A stretch of DNA of 63,378 nucleotides, filler included, from Octopus bimaculoides (taxonomy: Eukaryota), in assembly GCF_001194135.2 (NCBI RefSeq). It is 10 parts of 9 records of this genome, joined end to end, with 100 filler letters (N's around TTAATTAATTAA, not from the genome) between each part and the next. Parts side by side here need not be neighbours in the genome. Positions count along the whole stretch, not along the records: positions 1 to 15,373 come from NC_068982.1; positions 15,474 to 17,744 come from NC_068989.1; positions 17,845 to 27,671 come from NC_068984.1; 7 more parts are not named here. One strand, 5' to 3'. Position 1 is the first letter of the stretch, and every line of letters begins with the position of its first letter. Of this stretch, positions 12,240 through 23,260 are shown one piece after another. Both the position numbers and the translations under genes were made by a program. Under the pieces are notes generated by a model. That model saw only the letters and a list, made by a program, of their open reading frames with translations. It made no database searches and was not told the DNA's origin.

Positions 12240-13600
12240 CGTGTATGCCTTGAGAAAAGAAGTGTCAGTTGTAATCACTGAATAAAAACTAAGAAATACA
12301 AAACCAAAAGGGCAAAACAGTTTAATATAGATGCATTATACCTAAAAGGAAGGCATCTGTGCAAGCATTGCAAGACCAGGTTGATAAACAAATCTGGAGC
12401 CTAAAATCCAATGTCGCTCAAGGAAGACAATTTAGCTGTATTCAGATGGAGTCTCCAGAGGAAGAAACATCGAACGAAATTCTATCACCACACTAAAGAA
12501 TAATGACCGCTGCTGTTTGGCACATTTTCGATCTGTGGGTAGTCAAAGTAAAAGTGGCTGAGATACCACTAGAAGAAGGTATCCACTTGCACGTGGCGGT
12601 TGTAATATAGTACGTAAAAATTAAAGCAAGCATTCTGCGAATCATCCGACCTGGTCAGGAACAGGGATGGAACTAATTTTCTTGACGAGCCAAGATGTTT
12701 GAAAGCTTCCCTGACTTGATCAACCTCGCAAATCAGTTATAAATTTTCTGAAATATTGTGGGAAGAACACCAAGATGCTATATATGCGGAAATGCAAAGC
12801 ATTTATTAGCTTTCTACCGCTGCCAAGGGGAAAGAAAAGGCAGACACACAATACTATCGCCACCTTCACTATCACAGCAGCAACCTAATCGGTTGTAGGA
12901 TTAGCTGCGACATCAACTTCTAGAGCAGCAGTAGCAAAAGTATTGGCCTGAAAAACAGCAGCAAATCCAAATGGAACAACAAGAAAAACACACTCATCAA
13001 CAACTGCAAATACCAACCTCGTAACCTGCACAACCCAAAAATGGCTTCACCAACATTGGTTAACATAGAAAGACGGGGCTGCACAGACGTATTCGTCCCA
13101 CCTGCTACAGCTTAATCTCCGTCTACGAAAATGTGTTGGTCAGTAAAGAGAAATTCAGAATGATCAGATACACAGATCACAAATTTGTGATTTGTACGAT
13201 CGACTTAGATAGACTTTGTAGGTCACGACCCCGTTACTGGAAGCTGATCACATCACTCCCGGCATACCATGTTTACAGAGATGTGATTAGTGAATTAGTT
13301 AATTGAGTGTTGAAAGAAGTCATCGTCAACAATCAATGGAGATTCGCTCTGATAATGGCAATTAGAGTCGATTACGCGTTGTGCGTCGCAGCGAGAGAGA
13401 AATGTAGATTAGAGGGAAAGTCATAAAATTAGAAGAGGCATTTGTGTGAGGCATGGCTTCGAGGCGCGTCTTGTGAGATTGACTCTTGACCAATTCTTCA
13501 ATGCGAAGAAGGAAGGCTGCGTTGCTAAAGCTAATGGGTATGCTGTAACACTTGAACTTCATAATAAATGAAGCGTATTCGTGAAAGCTCTGTATATAAG
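12240..13600 (+). mobile_element. Degenerate L1/Tx1-type LINE: ORF1 zinc knuckle plus ORF2 endonuclease end
   Basis: IVGRTPRCYICGNAKH at 12755-12800; RYTDHKFVICTIDLD..RYWKLITSL at 13166-13260 (APE SDH motif and YWKLN motif); LDQFFNAKKEGCVAKA near 13490. Confidence 0.75.
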
Positions 13601-14683
13601 CAGGATGTTTCTGTTAGGGTTATATTGAATGCCTTGTGAGTGGTCAATGCAGTAGTGGTCTAAGAGGCAGAGAGGATTCTGTTCAACAACAATCACGGAG
13701 AGACACACGCACGAAAATATTTTGGAACAACGGAAACCTTTTAAATCCCGGTTGAATAGTCACAGATACTCTTCTAGAACGAAACAGAAGCGAAATATTA
13801 TATTTCACAGTTATATGGTGATTAAAAGAAGAAGTACACCGTACAACTGAAATAGTCTGGATGAATGGAAGTAAATATAGCACCTATTACTTGAACGAAG
13901 GAGAATCATTCAAAAAGAAACAAAATGCACATGAACCGCGTACCATACTGAAATCAAAAACTTAAATATCTCGTTTCACTGTTGCGCTCATGAAAGGAAA
14001 TTCTGATCCAAGGTTGTCGCCCCACTTTGGACTACAGAAAGAAAACTATATACGTAGACTCAGCAAATATCCTTTGGCAACAGCTGACACCTATCCATGA
14101 GAGATAATTCTTTAATCTCTACCAGAAAATACCTCAGTCTCTGTCACTTATTCGTTTCAGTTCTTTTATTATCACCCAGAGAACCAGCGACATTGCTTTA
14201 TCTGCAGTATAAAAGAGACTATGTGCTTTCGGACAGCATATCTGAAGAGCCGTCAGTATAGCCAAGTGCAAACAGGCAGCACGAAATCGTCGGTGACATT
14301 CTGACGAGTTAAGTGCGATAACCAAGAACAGCTCGACTATATATACATATCTGTGTGTGTGTGTGTGTGTGTGTATAGAGAGAGAGAGAGAGAGAGAGAG
14401 GGCAGAGGGAGAAAGAGGATACAGGCATATATATANNNNNNNNNNNNNNNNNNNNNNNNNNNNNNNNNNNNNNNNNNNNNNNNNNNNNNNNNNNNNNNNN
14501 NNNNNNNNNNNNNNNNNNNNNNNNNNNNNNNNNNNNNNNNNNNNNNNNNNNNNNNNNNNNNNNNNNNNNNNNNNNNNNNNNNNNNNNNNNNNNNNNNNNN
14601 NNNNNNNNNNNNNNNNNNNNNNNNNNNNNNNNNNNNNNNNNNNNNNNNNNNNNNNNNNNNNNNNNNNNNNNNNNNNNNNNNNN

Positions 14684-14721
<38 letters not shown>

Positions 14722-15339
14722 TAACAATATATTATAAATTAACTACCAACAAAAATAATTGGTAAGCTAACTTAAAAAATCATCACCTAAATAGCAGAAA
14801 AAAACGACAGTGAAGATATGCAGACTCTTCAAGAATCGATCCTTTTGGTTATATTAATAATAATAAAAGAGTTACGACGCAAAAACGTATAAATTCAAAA
14901 GAACATATTTATCTTCTTCAATATATATTTCAGTATAAAGAATTCATTAAGATGCTTAAATCAAAATTTCTTTACACATCATTCAGGAACAGATATAATA
15001 TCAGAAAAAATACATTCCGTTTAAAAACACAAACCGTTCATGGCGCAAAAAAATTCACAATTACAAAAAACGAACAAAAGTTTTAAAGTTCTAGCAAAAA
15101 AGAACGCTATTACCTACATACAGGCATCCTCGTGTGCGCCCGTACACACACGCGCACACACGTTCATACGCGCACATACGCTCATGCACGCACACACGTG
15201 CACTCTCACATGTGTATATATGGATACACAAAGAAACAAAGATCACAATTCATAAACACACACACACACACACACATACATACACACACACATACATCCA
15301 CACACACACACACACACATACATACACACACACATACAT

Positions 15340-15373
<34 letters not shown>

Positions 15374-15473
15374 NNNNNNNNNNNNNNNNNNNNNNNNNNN
15401 NNNNNNNNNNNNNNNNNTTAATTAATTAANNNNNNNNNNNNNNNNNNNNNNNNNNNNNNNNNNNNNNNNNNNN

Positions 15474-15526
<53 letters not shown>

Positions 15527-15528
<2 letters not shown>

Positions 15529-15750
15529 GACGGACTTTTTATCAGTTTCCGTGCGCAAAATCTATTCCCAAGGCTTTGATTGGCCCGAGGTGTCCAAGGT
15601 GCCACGCAGTGGGGCTGAACCCAGAACGATGTGGTTGGGAAGCAAATTCATTTCAAGGCATTGGTGACCCCTGAACTATAGTGGAAGACACTTGCCCAAG
15701 GTGCCACACAGTGGAACTAGACCTGAAGGCACGTTGTTGCAAAACAAACT
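15527..15750 (-). mobile_element. SINE family B fragments
   Basis: Reverse complement of GGTTCAGTCCCACTGCGTGGCACCTTGG(GCAAG) and GGAAACTGA segments. Confidence 0.75.
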
Positions 15751-15933
15751 CACGTGTCTACCAACAATGCATGTCTGTGTGCTTAAGAAATTTTCCTTTT
15801 TAGTTGCTCATTAGAAACACAAAGTTTTCCATCTCAGTTAGATTGATAAACTGAAGCTGGTTCGTCAATAAAATTAAATCAGTATTTAAAAATAGGAAAG
15901 AAAAAGAAAAATTCTGAGTTGATTGAGCAGGTA

Positions 15934-16155
15934 CAGTAATCTCACGATTACCGCGAGTGTTACGTTCCAAAACCCGCTCCCTGCGATAGGTGAAAACCCG
16001 CGAAATAGAAATAGTATTGTACTGTTTATTTTATTATTTTTATAAATGTATTATATTTATTTTATTATAAATGAAAAACAACACCACAGAGGAATCGACG
16101 TAAGCTTAAATAATAAACCACGATAGGTGAACCGCGATACGGCGAGGGATTATTG
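15934..16155. mobile_element. Tigger/pogo-like MITE
   Basis: Imperfect TIRs CAGTAATCTCACGATTACCGCG and CCGCGATACGGCGAGGGATTATTG, flanked by TA on both sides. Confidence 0.75.
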
Positions 16156-16438
16156 TACGAGATACCAATTGCAGACTTATCCGGAAACTGAGCATACATA
16201 AAAATGCATCGTATACTCGTTTATAGTTTTATTGTTTAGCAAGGACGGAAAACAATGCAAAAAGTGAAAAAAAATGTTAAAATTAAAAAGGAGAAAAACA
16301 CCGTTTTAAAATTGGTTTAAAGTTAAAAAGAAATTGGCGCTACGTGTACAGCGGAGAGGTTTAAGTGTCAGGGGAAGTAACTCACAATTTCGGCGTCCTT
16401 TATAGCCAAAGGAACTTTGTTATATTCGATGGTTACGT

Positions 16439-16788
16439 CAGGGTTTCTCAACCATTTTTTATCCATGGATCCCTTTGATTACTATTTCATTCTGGTGGAC
16501 CCCCATAGCCATTCACTGTTTAAAAACTAGTCTTATAGGAACTTCTTTCAAAATCCCTATTTTATTTTGCACTCATTCACTTGTGTAGGTTGAACTCTGT
16601 AAAATGTTAAAAGGAAGAAACCTGGGTGTTTCTTGCAGCATATAACAATACATACATCTAAAGCAAAATATTTTCAGGGGTCCTTAAAATATTATTGTGG
16701 ACCCCCAATTTATTATTTTATTACGTGAACCCCCGAAAATCTTATGTGGACCCTCAAGGGCAATATGGACCCCGGTTGAGAATCCCTG
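16439..16788. mobile_element. hAT (Charlie-type) MITE
   Basis: TIRs CAGGGTTTCTCAACC and GGTTGAGAATCCCTG; 8-bp flanks GGTTACGT and GTCTACGT (6/8 match). Confidence 0.85.
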
Positions 16789-16899
16789 GTCTACGTGACG
16801 TAGATTTGGCAATTCTTCATCGTCAGCTCTTCCATTCCCAGCGGCGTGTTGTATCCTTGAGCTTATTTCACGTTGCCCCACTCCACTTAGCTTCTACTT

Positions 16900-17076
16900 T
16901 TGTTTCAAAGGGGCCAGCCATGTCACATTCTCTCATGCTGAATCTCTCTGAGAACTACGTTAAGGGTATGCGTGTCTGCGGAATACTCAGCCACTTGCGC
17001 GTTAATTTCACGAGCAGGATGTTCTGTTGATCGGATCAACTGCAACGCTCATCATCGTCGTATCCGACGGAGTGCC
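16900..17076 (+). mobile_element. SINE family C 3' half
   Basis: Clearly homologous to 20870-21040 (GAGAACTACGTTAAGGG..TTTCACGAGCAGG..GGAGTGCCA). Confidence 0.8.
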
Positions 17077-17423
17077 AGAACACGGATATTGTGCACCCTA
17101 CCATAATACCTTTTCAGGCCTCGGGCGTTCGATTGCGAAATTTCCTTCCCAGAGCCACATCTTCAGTGAATCCATGTACAACATCACGAACTGCACTACA
17201 GCTCGTGGTACTTGGTGGTACTCTAATTACACAAGGGATTATTAGCTGGAGGGACACTCTTGGATAGACTTGAACGAAATTTAATTACACACCTAGAACT
17301 GTGTTGTTAGTCCTCTGTCTCTCCTTACGACTGATGTATGTTCAAGGAATCCAGAGTAGCGTTGGATCCCTCCACCATTTCTGGACTCGAGTGTCGAAAT
17401 ATTCGCAGGAAGGAAGATATACT

Positions 17424-17617
17424 CTTTTCTACTGTAGGCACAAGGTCCGAAATGTTTTTGAGGAACGGGCCAGTCGATTAGATCTACCCCAGTACGCAAC
17501 TGGTACTTAATTTATAAAGTCAACCTCTGCGAAATTTGAACTCAGAACGTAAAGTTGGGCGAAATACCGCTAAGCATTTCGCCCGGCGTGCTAACGATTC
17601 TGCCAGCTCGCTGCCCT
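17424..17617 (-). mobile_element. SINE family A
   Basis: Reverse-complement head GGGCAGCGAGCTGGCAGAATCGTTAGCACGCCGGGCGAAATGC plus CCTTGTGCCTACAGTAGAA tail. Confidence 0.85.
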
Positions 17618-17845
17618 AACGAAAGAAGATATATTGTTAGTCATTTGACAGTGAAGCAGAAAAATATATACGTGTGTGTGTGACGGGGGTTCGATTCTCG
17701 GTAGAACATTGGTGGCTATTTTTTCCAGTCTTCTAAGGGTTTTTNNNNNNNNNNNNNNNNNNNNNNNNNNNNNNNNNNNNNNNNNNNNTTAATTAATTAA
17801 NNNNNNNNNNNNNNNNNNNNNNNNNNNNNNNNNNNNNNNNNNNNT

Positions 17846-18104
17846 ATCGAAATAAGACAATTTTTTACATGAAATAAATTCGAATACAAAAATATTTTTC
17901 TGTTCTATAACACAAAATAGATAAGTATACGAAGTTTGAAAGTCTTTCGGTACCAAAAACACTACGTAAAACATTAATGAAAAATGTGGCCCCCGTTTTA
18001 AAAAAGATCCAAAAGATGTTTTATATGACACATTCTACCAGTGTTCCAAGTTTCAAAGTGTTTCGTTAAGAAAATACTGTGGCCCCCGTTTTAAAAAAGA
18101 TCCA
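17846..18104 (+). repeat. Interspersed repeat, also at 27365-27660 in opposite orientation, with an internal duplication
   Basis: TGTGGCCCCCGTTTTAAAAAAGATCCA occurs twice (about 17985 and 18078); the ~90-bp block is inverted at 27367-27460. Confidence 0.8.
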
Positions 18105-18620
18105 TGTCTTCTACTACAGCTCTAGGTCAAACAAAGCCTTGTGAGTGGATTTCATGGACAGAAACTGAAAGAAGCCAGTTGTGTGTGTATACGCACACAC
18201 ACACACACATATATATATATAATACAGGCACAGGCATGGCTGTGTGGTTAAGAAACTTCCTTCCCAACCATGTGGTCTTGAGTTCAGTCCTATTGAGTTC
18301 ACTCCTGCACCTCAAGCAAGTGTCTTCTACTACTTTTACAATAATCCTGGGTCAACCAAACCATTCTTAGTGGATTTTGTAGCTGGAAATTGAAAGAAGC
18401 CCACTGTGTATGCATGTGTGTGTTTAATCTTGTCTTGGAATTATGTGATGATTGTGATAGTTGGGCCTGTCATACAAGCAATGTTGTTCATTTCTTGTTT
18501 TCCATGATGAAATAGTACCTTGCTTGGTGAATGTTGGTGACAAGAATTGCATCCAGACTTAGAAAAATTTGTCAGCAAATTTCCTCTAACTCATGCAAGC
18601 ATGGAAAAGTGAATGTTAAA
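18104..18620 (+). mobile_element. Older SINE B copies; the second has a different (..GCATCCAG..CATGCAAGCATGGAAAA) tail
   Basis: Head GGCATGGCTGTGTGGTTAAG at about 18232; GGAAACTGAAAGAAGCC core. Confidence 0.7.
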
Positions 18621-18805
18621 ATGGTTGGTTTTATAAAGAGAAGAAAGAGGTTGTGTCATAATCATGTCTGCAAAGTGCTATCACCAAAGGCTTTTTTTAT
18701 GATGGCTTGACAATGTAAACTTGTATAAAACAGATATACATGCTGCTAATTCTATGTATGGGGGAAATGACTAAACAATACATGGAGCTAAAATATTTTT
18801 CATCA

Positions 18806-19199
18806 GGCGCAGGAGTGGCTGTGTGGTAAGTAGCTTGCTTACCAAACACATGGTTCCGTGTTCAGTCCCACTGCGTGGCATCTTGGGCAAGTGTCTTCTA
18901 CTATAGCCTGGGGCTGACCAAAGCCTTGTGAGTGGATTTGGTAGATGGAAACTGAAAAAAGCCCGTTGTATATATATGTATATATATATGTGTGTGTGTG
19001 TGTTTGTCCCCCTAGCATTGCTTGACAACCGATGCTGGTGTGTTTATGTCCCTGTCACCTAGCGGTTCGGCAAAAGAGACCGATAGAATAAGTACTAGGC
19101 TTACAAAGAATAAGTCCCGGGGTCGATTTGATCGACTAAAGGTGGTGCTCCAGCATGGCCGCAGTCAAATGACTGAAACAAGTAAAAGAGTAAAAGAGT
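18806..19199 (+). mobile_element. Full-length SINE family B
   Basis: A-box-like TGGCTGTGTGG, B-box-like GTTCAGTCCC, internal (TA/TG)n, tail CCAGCATGGCCGCAGTCAAATGACTGAAACAAG(TAAAAGAG)2. Confidence 0.9.
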
Positions 19200-19284
19200 A
19201 ATTAAAAGAAAGATGCTATTTTAGCATGTGGTCTACCACAATATCTATAGTCTATGCTGTAAAATGATTTAATCTTGATGAAGA

Positions 19285-19355
19285 TTAGGATTAGAGTTTT
19301 GGGTTAGCATCTAGGGTTAAGTTTTAGGGTTAGGGTTAAGATTAAGGCTTAGGGT
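19285..19355 (+). repeat. Degenerate interstitial TTAGGG-like repeats
   Basis: GGGTTAG/TTAGGGTTAGGG variants. Confidence 0.65.
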
Positions 19356-20676
19356 TGACCAGACACATTCAGTGGGGGTAAGTCTGATCATTGGCATGTA
19401 ATGCAGGAACTCCGGGCATGTTTTAGTCTCATTAAGCCTTTTTTAGAGTACTTAGCAGATCCTAGATGAATGAGAAATATAAAAGTTTTGGGTGAATAAT
19501 CATTGACCGATTTTGTAGCTTAGGTCTGTGGGGAAATTACCTAAGGATGTATTTTGCATGAAAAAACATACAGTCAAATGGGGGGCAGATATACTTAATG
19601 TATCAAGCCAAAAAAAAAAAATTAAAAAATTAATTTGGAATTCAAAATTGTTTCCCATCCATTTCTTGATCAGAATTAATCACCGAAGTTAATACTCACT
19701 ACATTGTTTTGCATTACACCTAACTACATGCTTTTCAAATAGAAGGCGTCCCAAGGTAATTCTCCGCCTCCACCCCTAGTCATTCTTCCAACAAATACAT
19801 GCAACCAAGAAGCTAATGTGGTTTCTAACCTGTTAGAAATAGCAGCCAAATTTCCCTCAAACCACATAATGTCATATAACAGAGATGGATACATTAGAGA
19901 ATGTAGTACTCGATACACAAAAATATAGATATAGTTGGAAAGCATTTGATCAATATATCTTCTCGATCAAGTTTAACTTGGGATCAACATCAACCACCAC
20001 CACCACCACAACCATCGATCACTGTGGCAATTAAATACACTTATTACTTCTATTTTGTCAGACATAGATTNNNNNNNNNNNNNNNNNNNNNNNNNNNNNN
20101 NNNNNNNNNNNNNNNNNNNNNNNNNNNNNNNNNNNNNNNNNNNNNNNNNNNNNNNNNNNNNNNNNNNNNNNNNNNNNNNNNNNNNNNNNNNNNNNNNNNN
20201 NNNNNNNNNNNNNNNNNNNNNNNNNNNNNNNNNNNATCACTGTGGCAATTAAATACACTTATTACTTCTATTTTGTCAGACATAGATTGATTATTATGAA
20301 CTGGTGTAATTAGGAACAAACAATATGTGTATTTAATGAATAGAACATTATTATGTTTTGGATATATAATTGCTCAATAATACGCTTTTCCGTTCACACT
20401 ATTACATGATAATCACTATAGTAACTTGATAATTTTAGCAAAGTATTTATTATCCCGAGGGTTTCATTTTTATCAGAATCTTGTAGATTACTTTTTATGG
20501 TCTGGTCAGATTTCAAATGAATAACAGGTAAATTTCATACAGCTTGAAACATTTCTTTTATACAGAAACTACAATTTTTAAATATATTCCTATTTTAGTT
20601 CACGTCACCCTTGATTGAAGACATTTTAGCAGAAACAAAATCGCCTTTTAAGTATATCTATGACTACTTTAGTGGA

Positions 20677-21040
20677 GGCGCAATGGCCCAGTGGTTTGAA
20701 GCGCACTCATGGTCGTAGGATCGCGATTTCGATTCCAAGACCGGGTGTTGTGAGTGTTTATTGAGCGAAAACACCTAAAGCTCCACGAGGTTCCAGCAGG
20801 GAGTGGTGGTTAACACTGCTGTACTCTTTCACCACAACTTTCTCTCACTGTTTCTGTTGTACCTGTATTTCAAAGGGCCGGCCTTGTCACACTCTGTGTC
20901 ATGCTGAATGTCCTTGAGAACTACGTTAAGGGTACACATGTCTGTAGAGTGCTCAGCCACTTGCACTTTAATTTCACGAGCAGGCTGTTCCGTTGATCGA
21001 ATCAACTGGAACCCTCGTCGTCGTAACTGAGGGAGTGCCA
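20677..21040 (+). mobile_element. Full-length SINE family C
   Basis: tRNA-like head GGCGCAATGGCCCAGTGG..TTCGATTCC; structured 3' end shared with 16900-17076. Confidence 0.82.
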
Positions 21041-21514
21041 TGACGACTGCATTATCTAATATGGCTTCAATGCTGAGTGAGTATTCAGTATATTGAACTC
21101 TCTATTCGTCAAATTGGCATGTAAGTGGCAGATGGCCCGAAATCAGTGTGACTCATGTGATAAGGATGAACATTTGAATTACATGTACAGTTCATCCATC
21201 TGGCTTCACACAGTTTCCATTTACCAATTTCACTCACAAAGCGTGGGACGACACAGGGCCATAGTATAAGATATTTGTTCAAAATTCTATGCAGTCCCAA
21301 GTGTTCGATAAATTGGACTACTTGTTAAATTGATGTGTTGGTGGCTGAGTTGGGCCGAAATCAGCGCGTCAGATTTAAAGCTGAATGTTTGAATTGAAAG
21401 CACAAGCCATCCACTAGACTTCCTATCCGATTTCAATCACAAAGACTTGGAATTATACGAGATCAATAATGAAAAATACTAGCCCAAATTTCCACATACT
21501 GCTTAAGGGATACC

Positions 21515-22925
21515 ATAGTTTAGGTTCTAAAATAGAATAATTTTTGAAATTGAAAATACACAGGAGGTATGATTTGAGGGAGATTTGACTGATATCTCTG
21601 GCAGGTTGAAAAACTGCACAAAAGTTTCTTCACTGACGTAAAGTTGTCACCACCCCTTGGAGTACTGAGAAGCATGGAAGAAAAAAATAATTGTATACAA
21701 GGTTTTTTCGGTGGAAGAGAAAAGGATTGACAATGTATCGCCGAAAACAGTCGAAAAGGCATTGAGGTCAGTCTGGCAAGCTATAACATACCTTGCCAGA
21801 GGAAGCCGTTACGGAACCATAGAAGTACATTTTTAAATGGCAAGAAAGGCTAAAGAACATTCGGTAACCCCAGTAAGGACAGAAAGAGTGGTCCTCTTAC
21901 CCATGTACCTTGGAAGAAGGACTTCCAGGGTTAGGGTGGAGGGAATCTCACCTGAAATAGATGTGGCTTGGTTGGCGGTGGCTGTGCTTCTGGGAAGCGA
22001 AAAAGTGGTGGCCATCCTCCAAGACACGATGACAGAGACTACAAACTGGAAGGGCCAAATATTAGATGTAATTGTGCAAAGTACAACAGAAAATTGGGAA
22101 AAAGTGGCAGAAACAGTCACCATAGGAGATGCGGTGTTAAGAGTCTGGATGGAGGGCAGAATCCCACCTTGCTTCAAATGAGGCCAAAAGGACCACATTA
22201 GAGAGGACTGCCCTTCACAGACTAAGAGAAGCCAGGAGGAAGCCGGGGAAAGAACTGGAGAAGGTGGAAGAGGAAATAAAGATGAATGAAGAACGGTGGT
22301 AGATGGCAAAAGAAAGAAACCAGGAAGAGAAAGAAAGTCAGGATGAATGGAAACCCCAACCCGCACCCACCCCACACATACCTCCACCCCCTCGCAGACG
22401 CCACACCCACCCATTCCCCTCCGACACAAAACAAATAGAAAAAAGAGACACAGATACAGTAAAACTTACAAACTCCCCCTCCCATGAATATGGTTATGCA
22501 TGATGTACGAAGGAGTGGACATGTAACTGGTGAACAAAACGACAAAATGGAAGGATATAAGGTTTGTTAATTTGGAGGGAAGAATGAACTTTGAGGGATG
22601 GCACGCATGTGTTTTGGTGTCAGAGCGACGTAAAAAGGAGATAGATACAAGGCTGGATTTAAGTGTTGGAAGGTAAACGGTGACATAAAGGGAGTACCAG
22701 ACAACATACAGTACGAAGAGCTAAGGTATAGACATTTTGAGAAACTCAGGAGTCAAAGGATAAAAAGGAAGTAAGTGATACTGCTTGGAGGTGGGGCAAG
22801 TAGCTCATTTTCATTAACATTCATTTATATCATACGTTTTATTTTTTTCCAATTTGTTCTATGTCCCCACATATGTTTGTTTGTCCCCTCTTTGTCGGCC
22901 CCTTGTGGACAATAAAGAAAAAAAT
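21515..22925 (+). mobile_element. Gag/ORF1-only non-autonomous retroelement (pseudogenised ORF with CCHC knuckle)
   Basis: Coding-like from about 21675; EGRIPPCFK*GQKDHIREDCP (CX2CX4HX4C with the second Cys mutated to TGA at 22179); no RT or endonuclease; ends TTTGTCCCCTC..GCCCCTTGTGGACAATAAAGAAAAAAA. Confidence 0.7.
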
Positions 22926-23031
22926 TTAATGCTTGCTGTGTACGTCCAATAATGCATGAGCTTGGTGACTAGCAAAAGAGATCGTTCTCCTTGAAAAGAT
23001 GTATTCGTAATGACTACTTGAGATAATCTTC

Positions 23032-23260
23032 TGGTAATTTTTCAGATTAACACCCGCACGATCTTCACTAGGGTGTTAGGGTTAGAGTTTTAGGGTCAGG
23101 GTTAGGGTTTTGAGGTTAGGGTTAGGGTTAATGTTTAGGCTTAGGGTTACGGTTAGGGTCGGAATTCCCTAACCCAAACCCTAAAACCTAACCCTGAACT
23201 TAAACTCTAATCCCAACACCCTGGTGAAGATCGTGTGGGTGTTAATCTGAAAAATTACCA
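23032..23260. mobile_element. Fold-back element with TTAGGG-derived arms
   Basis: TGGTAATTTTTCAGATTAACACCC..GATCTTCAC and its reverse complement at the other end; (TTAGGG)-like on the left, (CCCTAA)-like on the right. Confidence 0.8.

Noticed and set aside
15122-15145. GCA-TCCTCGTG-TGC resembling HDV-ribozyme P3/L3
   Set aside because: No P1, P1.1 or P2 partners could be found.
15418-15429. TTAATTAATTAA islands inside N runs (also near 17789, 27716, 31694, 46821, 53173, 57977, 59882 and 62146)
   Set aside because: Identical 12-mer with stops in all six frames, always flanked by Ns: an assembly spacer, not biology.
20015-20290. Same ~55-bp sequence on both sides of a gap
   Set aside because: Most likely an unmerged contig overlap or a collapsed minisatellite; cannot be interpreted.
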